IMG/VR virus record: IMGVR_UViG_3300029983_000009
Coordinates: 128,001 to 168,159 of that record
DNA: 40,159 nucleotides
Source: a virus
Lineage: Duplodnaviria > Heunggongvirae > Uroviricota > Caudoviricetes
Direction: 5' to 3' (one strand)
This document shows positions 34,771 to 40,159 of the stretch, one piece after another (positions within the stretch are counted from its first letter, which is position 1; every line of letters starts with the position of its first letter). The notes beneath the pieces are model-generated. The model had not been told where the DNA came from. It made no database searches and saw only the letters and a list, made by a program, of their open reading frames with translations. The position numbers and the translations under genes are program-made.

Positions 34771-35259
34771 ATGATAACAAAATTTAATAAATTTACTCTA
34801 AATGAAACTATGATATCACATGATACAAATGAATTACATAGTGGCAGTTATTTATCATTAGAAAGATTAGAAAATGGTAATTTAAAAATATCATTAACTG
34901 AAGAAGGCAAAGAAAAAATAGCTGAAGATGATATAAGTGATTCAGAATTTTGGGATTATTTTGAAGATATAACAGGAAATTCTGGATTGGTATATTTTAA
35001 TGATATATCAGAACTTGGTATTATGATGGAAGCTCCTGGAATCACAATTGGATATTATTATAACGATGATGGAGAATATACAGATGAAGGAAATGAAGAT
35101 TGGTCTGAAGTTTTTTATTATGGAGATTCTGCTATTAGGGATTTCACAGAAGAATTAAAAAATAATGGAGAAGTAATATTTCAAACATCTGGTGTATTAA
35201 CTCCTGAAGAATTTGACGAATTTAAATTGAATAAAACTGCAAACAAATTTAATTTATGA
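34771..35259 (+). CDS. KFN(I/L) family protein
   Basis: MITKFNKFTLNE ... ANKFNL. ATGA overlap with the next gene. Confidence 0.55.
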   Translation: MITKFNKFTLNETMISHDTNELHSGSYLSLERLENGNLKISLTEEGKEKIAEDDISDSEFWDYFEDITGNSGLVYFNDISELGIMMEAPGITIGYYYNDDGEYTDEGNEDWSEVFYYGDSAIRDFTEELKNNGEVIFQTSGVLTPEEFDEFKLNKTANKFNL

Positions 35260-35588
35260 TAACAAATTTTAAAATATTTGAAACTAATGATATTCCATAT
35301 TTTTCAGTAGGTGATGAAGTTACTTGTATTGATGATGTACCTTGGATAGATGGAGATAGTGGTTATCCAGTAATAGGAGAGAAATATTTAGTTATTAGAA
35401 TTTACATAGAAAATGAAGATAATAATTACAATATTTATGAAATTGATCAAGAATTCGTAAAAGAATTAAATATAAACACTACTTATGTTGATGTTAAAAA
35501 TATTAAAACTGATATGATATTAAAAAACTGGTGTGCTAGTAGGTTCAATTCAGAAATAAGAACATCATCAAACAAATTTAATATATAA
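35256..35588 (+). CDS. KFN(I/L) family protein (GDEV small-domain subfamily)
   Basis: MITNFKIFETND ... SNKFNI. Confidence 0.55.
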   Translation: MITNFKIFETNDIPYFSVGDEVTCIDDVPWIDGDSGYPVIGEKYLVIRIYIENEDNNYNIYEIDQEFVKELNINTTYVDVKNIKTDMILKNWCASRFNSEIRTSSNKFNI

Positions 35589-35589
35589 A

Positions 35590-35632
35590 AATGCACCATT
35601 ATCAATCGTATTGATAATGGTGCAATTTATTA
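35590..35632. terminator. 15-bp perfect hairpin between convergent genes
   Basis: TGCACCATTATCAAT-cgt-ATTGATAATGGTGCA. Confidence 0.5.
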
Positions 35633-35652
35633 TGATAATACTCAATTAAATA

Positions 35653-36987
35653 TTAGAATTTACCTTTCTTTAAGTCAAATGGCTTACCACCTTTCAACAT
35701 ATCTTTTGAATTTTCTTTCTTCTTTTCCCCACCTGATGGAATTTCTGCTCCTAATTTTTTAACATCAGGATAAATATTATTTTCTGCATCAGTATTAAAA
35801 TTAACATTGAAATAATCTTTGAAATTTAGTAAGTCATTATTTCTCAATAAATACTCACGATTAACTTTTAATATATTATCTAAATAAATTGACATTTTAT
35901 CTACATCACGGTTAAACATTTCTAATGTTTTATCATTAAAAATTCCGATTGGTTTCTTTAATTTCTTATTAAATGAACTCAAAATAAGCTTAAATATATA
36001 TTCAATTTTATCATCAGATTTTATATACTCAATAGTTTTATCATTTTTCAATAAAAACGTATTAATTTTAAATTTATCTTCTGAGAAAAATGTAGGAATT
36101 GATAAATTCCAATCCTTTATCTCTTTAGTAATATTCTCTACATAATCATTAAATATAGCTGAAATTAATTCAATATACAATTCTTCTTTTGTTATTTCTT
36201 TAAGCTTAACTTTTTCAAAACTAATAAGTTGTATAAACTCTAAAAAATTTAATAATATTAATGAATAATTCTCTAAGTAATCTGTTTTACTATCAAGATT
36301 CATTTTTTCATATGATGGATTTAATATTTCAAATGAAAATTCATCATTATTATTAATTCTAACTATAATTTTTTCTAAATTGTCATTGAATCCATCCATT
36401 AAAAAAGAATTATTCAATTGTGGATTTAATATCTTATAGAAAAAAAATGCAAAGTTAGATTCTCCATACACATACTCTAAATCTTCTTCTGATGTGTGTA
36501 GGAACAAGTTAATCACTTCTAACTGCTTCTCGTTCAATTTACCTTTAAATATGACAGGTAATGAATCAACATTGAATAATTTAGCATATTCTAATATCTC
36601 ATTATAATCATATTTATATTTTGTACCTTTAACTATACAAGTTAAAATTAAATTGTTCTTTGGAATTTTTTTATATTCTATATTACCTGGTTGATTATCT
36701 GGAAAGTACTCAAAACAAAACCACCAATTTTTTGATAGTAAGTTAGTTACAAAATCGGGCAAAGTATATATATATTGAAAAACATTATTATAATATTTTT
36801 GAATAGCCAAATCTACAAAATTTAGATCTGTATTACTTATTGATTTTGGTCTAATTAAGAATTTATTTCCATCCCATTTTACAAAAATTTGAGATCCTTG
36901 AATATCTTCATATATTAGCAATTCTTTATCTTTTAATTGACTTATTAAGTCATCAGGCTGATTGTTTAGTTTAATTATTTGAGTCAT
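35653..36987 (-). CDS. putative RNA ligase 1 (T4 RnlA)-like nucleotidyltransferase
   Basis: 444 aa. N-terminal LIYEDIQGSQIFVKWDGNKFLIRPKS resembles the T4 Rnl1 segment [25 protein letters not shown], which carries a KxDG-type motif I. Basic G/K-rich C-terminal tail. Downstream motifs were not confidently identified. Confidence 0.35.
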   Translation of the reverse strand: MTQIIKLNNQPDDLISQLKDKELLIYEDIQGSQIFVKWDGNKFLIRPKSISNTDLNFVDLAIQKYYNNVFQYIYTLPDFVTNLLSKNWWFCFEYFPDNQPGNIEYKKIPKNNLILTCIVKGTKYKYDYNEILEYAKLFNVDSLPVIFKGKLNEKQLEVINLFLHTSEEDLEYVYGESNFAFFFYKILNPQLNNSFLMDGFNDNLEKIIVRINNNDEFSFEILNPSYEKMNLDSKTDYLENYSLILLNFLEFIQLISFEKVKLKEITKEELYIELISAIFNDYVENITKEIKDWNLSIPTFFSEDKFKINTFLLKNDKTIEYIKSDDKIEYIFKLILSSFNKKLKKPIGIFNDKTLEMFNRDVDKMSIYLDNILKVNREYLLRNNDLLNFKDYFNVNFNTDAENNIYPDVKKLGAEIPSGGEKKKENSKDMLKGGKPFDLKKGKF

Positions 36988-37043
36988 AATAATTCTTTTG
37001 TTTTTTGAATTTTTATTTATATAGTTATTTATAAAGGTTCATT

Positions 37044-37793
37044 TTAGAATGTATCAGGAGTCCAGTTGAACAATTCAGGTTTAAATACAAGTTTTTTTGT
37101 ACCTAATTCATTTTCAAAGAAATCTATTTCAATTAAATTTCCATTAACAGACATAACTTCACCTCTACCAAATTTTTTATGATTAAGAACATCACCAACT
37201 TGAACAAATGATTGTTCATCTGATTTTGTATCATCAAGTTTTGATATTGGTCTGCCATATGAATCAGTTGAATCATCTACTGGTATATTTTTCATTTCTA
37301 TATCACTCGCACTTGGTCTTCCTCTTCTTCTACCTGGATTCATTTCTTTTGCCTTTCGTTTAGCTTCTCTTCTTTTAAGAACTTCTTCCCTTTGATTTTC
37401 TGCTTGTGATACATTCTTAAATATTTGAGCTTCAGTTGTATTATCTATAATATTCTCTACAACTTCTCTCAATTCTGGCTCAGAAAAACTATCGTATTCA
37501 TTTGTAACTTTCACATGTAATTTTGAAAATCTAGATAATCCTTCTGGTTCTTCATTATGTTTTAATCCTAACGCATATCTTATGTTCAATGCTTCCATTT
37601 TTAATGATGGTTCATTTGAACCAATATATTCATTTACGAATTTTTCAATTTTATCATCTTCAATACCAAGTTTACTAAATCCAAATTTCTCATAATATAA
37701 TGCTATAATAACATCATTTTCTGTCCATCTAGTTTTTAATTTTTCACCTGTGGCATATTCAAACATTTTTTGAAAACTTATCAAGTTTCTCAT
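37044..37793 (-). CDS. hypothetical protein (249 aa)
   Basis: ORF with a basic central stretch, REAKRKAKEMNPGRRRGRPS. Confidence 0.5.
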   Translation of the reverse strand: MRNLISFQKMFEYATGEKLKTRWTENDVIIALYYEKFGFSKLGIEDDKIEKFVNEYIGSNEPSLKMEALNIRYALGLKHNEEPEGLSRFSKLHVKVTNEYDSFSEPELREVVENIIDNTTEAQIFKNVSQAENQREEVLKRREAKRKAKEMNPGRRRGRPSASDIEMKNIPVDDSTDSYGRPISKLDDTKSDEQSFVQVGDVLNHKKFGRGEVMSVNGNLIEIDFFENELGTKKLVFKPELFNWTPDTF

Positions 37794-37857
37794 ATTTAAC
37801 TATTATTTTTTAGTATATATATTTTTTTTGAAAACATAATTAATATTTTTTACTAAT

Positions 37858-38154
37858 ATGAAAATGATATACGATGAAAGAGAAACTAGCACAGCTAAAT
37901 ACATGAAAAATAGGACTGCATTGGGTGAATTATATAAACAATGTATTTCTTATGGATTAGATAATTGTGGTCCATTATGGATGGATTGGATGGATGCAGG
38001 TGATCAATTTACAAAAATCTCATATGATTATGATCACGGAGTTAAATTTAATCAAGAAACATTAACCAATTTATATAATATGAAATTACCAGAAAATCTA
38101 TTATTAGTTAAAAGAATAATAAAATTAACAAGACTTGGAGTTGAGAGCAATTAA
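37858..38154 (+). CDS. hypothetical protein (98 aa)
   Basis: ORF. Confidence 0.45.
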   Translation: MKMIYDERETSTAKYMKNRTALGELYKQCISYGLDNCGPLWMDWMDAGDQFTKISYDYDHGVKFNQETLTNLYNMKLPENLLLVKRIIKLTRLGVESN

Positions 38155-38896
38155 AAACAAATATTTAGAATTTACTCCTGAGTGGAGTGGATTTAGCATA
38201 AGATATCATATTGCAGGATATTTTGATCCAAAACCAATTCTTCAAATATATTTTATTTGGGGTAAATTATTTATATATTTTCCATGGAGACATTATAAAA
38301 AAGTAGAAATAGAGAAAAACATTAAAGACATTAGAAAAAATAAACTATCCGCATTATCTGGTAAAAAAACAAAAATAGAAATAAAATACATTAAGAAACT
38401 ATATGATCAATGTAGTGCTCCAACATATGGTATATATTTTTTTGATAAGCAATGTTGGATATGTCATGGAAACGAAAACAAATGTTTTGAATTACCTTGG
38501 TATTATACTTGGATAAGAACTAGTTGTTTAGCTAAAGATAAAACTTGGTACAGTGAAACAAGAAAAAAAAGAAATATGGAATTTTGGAATGAACCAAAAT
38601 GGAAAGATATTATTTTTTCTGAAACATATCCTTATAAATATACCACAGAATACGGAGACGAACAATATTGTAATGCAACAATTAGAGTAGAAGAAAGAGA
38701 ATGGAGATGGAAATGGCTCACCTGGTTGAAGTATTATAGTTTAATAAGGAAAGACATTGCAATAAGATTTAGTGATGATATAGGCAATAAAAAAGGTACC
38801 TGGAAAGGTGGCACAACAGGATGTAGTTATACAATGAAAAAAGGTGAAACTCCATATGACACATTAAAACGAATGGAGCTTGAAAGAAAATTTTAA
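38135..38896 (+). CDS. hypothetical Trp/Tyr-rich protein with a Cys cluster (CWICHGNENKC)
   Basis: ORF, 253 aa. Confidence 0.5.
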   Translation: MELRAIKNKYLEFTPEWSGFSIRYHIAGYFDPKPILQIYFIWGKLFIYFPWRHYKKVEIEKNIKDIRKNKLSALSGKKTKIEIKYIKKLYDQCSAPTYGIYFFDKQCWICHGNENKCFELPWYYTWIRTSCLAKDKTWYSETRKKRNMEFWNEPKWKDIIFSETYPYKYTTEYGDEQYCNATIRVEEREWRWKWLTWLKYYSLIRKDIAIRFSDDIGNKKGTWKGGTTGCSYTMKKGETPYDTLKRMELERKF

Positions 38897-38918
38897 ATAA
38901 TTTTTTTATATATAATTT

Positions 38919-40091
38919 ATGATAATTAAATTCAAAATATACGAGAAAAAGGCAACGCCAGAATATTATAGTTTTTATGAAGATTTCAAATCTATACTTG
39001 ATGTAAATCACTATATAAATATTCTAAAAACAAAGAATATAACAGAATATGAAGAAGATAGATTATTATATTTTGCTTGTAGAGAGCTTCCAGAATTATC
39101 AGTTAAATTAGTTGATTATATTCCTACAAAAACATTTTCAAAAAATAACTCAGCAGTTGCTGAACTTCCTTATAATTATTTTAAATCTATATTAAAAAAT
39201 GATAATATTTATAACGCATTAATAAATAATTCAGAATTTTTTAGTAATCTTGTATATCACAATTCAGATGTAAAAAATTTTAAATTATTAAAAGATTTAG
39301 GAGCAACATTCAATCAAGATTTATTAATGACAGCTTGTTTTAAAGGTAGTTTAGATATCGTTAAGTTTTTAATTAGCACAGGATTAGATCCGAACAAAAA
39401 GAAAGATGCTACATTTTCAAGAGCACCAGAAAATTGTATGGATTATGCAACAAAATATAATGATAATTATAATGTAATAAAATATCTTGTTGATTTAGGT
39501 GTTCCAGTAACATATAGACACATTTATAATGTAATACAAAAAGGAAATTTAGATGCAGTACCTTATTTAGTAAATTCTAAAAATTTAGTAGAAGATTATT
39601 CATTTTCTTCATATGCTACACATTCAGAAGATAAATATCAATATACATTAAGTAGTTTAGTTTCATTAATGTTAAGTAAGAATTTAAATAAATATGTAAA
39701 AATAATACTTGATAAACAAAAAGATGAAGGTTATAATATATTACAAGGATTACCTTTTGAGTATTATAATAAAGATAAAATTTTAAATACAAAATATTTA
39801 GAATTAGCATATCGTATTATAAGTAATTATGATGGTAAATATGAAAATTCATTCACTACTGAATTCATAACTAATTACAATGAAAAGTTTTGGCTCAATA
39901 AAATGAAAAAAAATCCATCTATAATATCAAAATTAAGATGTCTTGATTTTAGTATATTAAAATCATATGATTATCAGAAAATAATATTAGAATATGATAT
40001 AGATAATTTAAAACACATCAAAAATATTTTAAATCCTAAAATAGAGAAAGAATTTGATTATTTAATAAACACAAGTAAATTTAACATATAA
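38919..40091 (+). CDS. KFN(I/L) family protein carrying ankyrin-like repeats
   Basis: MIIKFKIYEKK. Ankyrin-like LMTACFKGSLDIVKFLISTGLDPN. The end is TSKFNI. Confidence 0.55.
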   Translation: MIIKFKIYEKKATPEYYSFYEDFKSILDVNHYINILKTKNITEYEEDRLLYFACRELPELSVKLVDYIPTKTFSKNNSAVAELPYNYFKSILKNDNIYNALINNSEFFSNLVYHNSDVKNFKLLKDLGATFNQDLLMTACFKGSLDIVKFLISTGLDPNKKKDATFSRAPENCMDYATKYNDNYNVIKYLVDLGVPVTYRHIYNVIQKGNLDAVPYLVNSKNLVEDYSFSSYATHSEDKYQYTLSSLVSLMLSKNLNKYVKIILDKQKDEGYNILQGLPFEYYNKDKILNTKYLELAYRIISNYDGKYENSFTTEFITNYNEKFWLNKMKKNPSIISKLRCLDFSILKSYDYQKIILEYDIDNLKHIKNILNPKIEKEFDYLINTSKFNI

Positions 40092-40093
40092 AA

Positions 40094-40159
40094 ATGAATG
40101 ACAACTGCTTAAACTGTATGTATTCAAGATACTCAGATACCTCATTACTTCTTGATGAA
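40094..40159 (+). CDS. hypothetical protein, 5' fragment truncated by the window end
   Basis: The ATG at 40094 follows the family stop TAA. MNDNCLNCMYSRYSDTSLLLDE... Confidence 0.3.
   Translation, partial: MNDNCLNCMYSRYSDTSLLLDE

Noticed and set aside
38135-38896. Possible GIY-YIG or HNH homing endonuclease (YGIYFF..., CWICHGNENKC)
   Set aside because: Only a GIY tripeptide and a Cys/His cluster are present. There is no YIG, Arg or Glu catalytic pattern, and no HNH spacing. The evidence is insufficient.

Overview
This window is extremely AT-rich (about 20% GC by eye), densely packed and almost all coding, with short intergenic spacers. Most genes end in a hairpin plus T-tract, which reads as a bacterial-type intrinsic terminator. 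Several genes are preceded by TAnnTTTG boxes, the Bacteroidetes sigmaA -7 consensus. One gene is a clear T4 gp32-type ssDNA-binding protein: it has the IRFLP motif, a His/Cys zinc site and an acidic tail. I therefore read the window as a hyperplastic accessory region of a large virulent dsDNA phage, possibly with an AT-rich Bacteroidetes-like host. A eukaryotic giant virus is a weaker alternative. Features I can support include two DNA methyltransferases, one Dam-like and one beta-class SPPY type. There is a GT-B glycosyltransferase, a fibre-like protein with Thr-rich linkers, and a compact family A DNA polymerase catalytic domain. A cluster of four tRNA-like genes lies near a GGAVRD nucleotidyltransferase and an Rnl1-like ligase. 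The most striking signal is a multigene family of at least 18 members that is still expanding. Each member has a conserved N-terminus MK(H/Y)(I/L)K(T/S)(Y/F)E and a conserved C-terminus KFN(I/L). Stop and start codons are fused, and the DNA is conserved across the gene junctions. I suggest these are virion-targeted or ejected effector cassettes. A small non-coding locus carries two copies of a GC-rich micro-ORF encoding the peptide SCNSPPR, in which the two copies differ only synonymously inside the motif. All functional calls come from motifs read by eye and no search was run.
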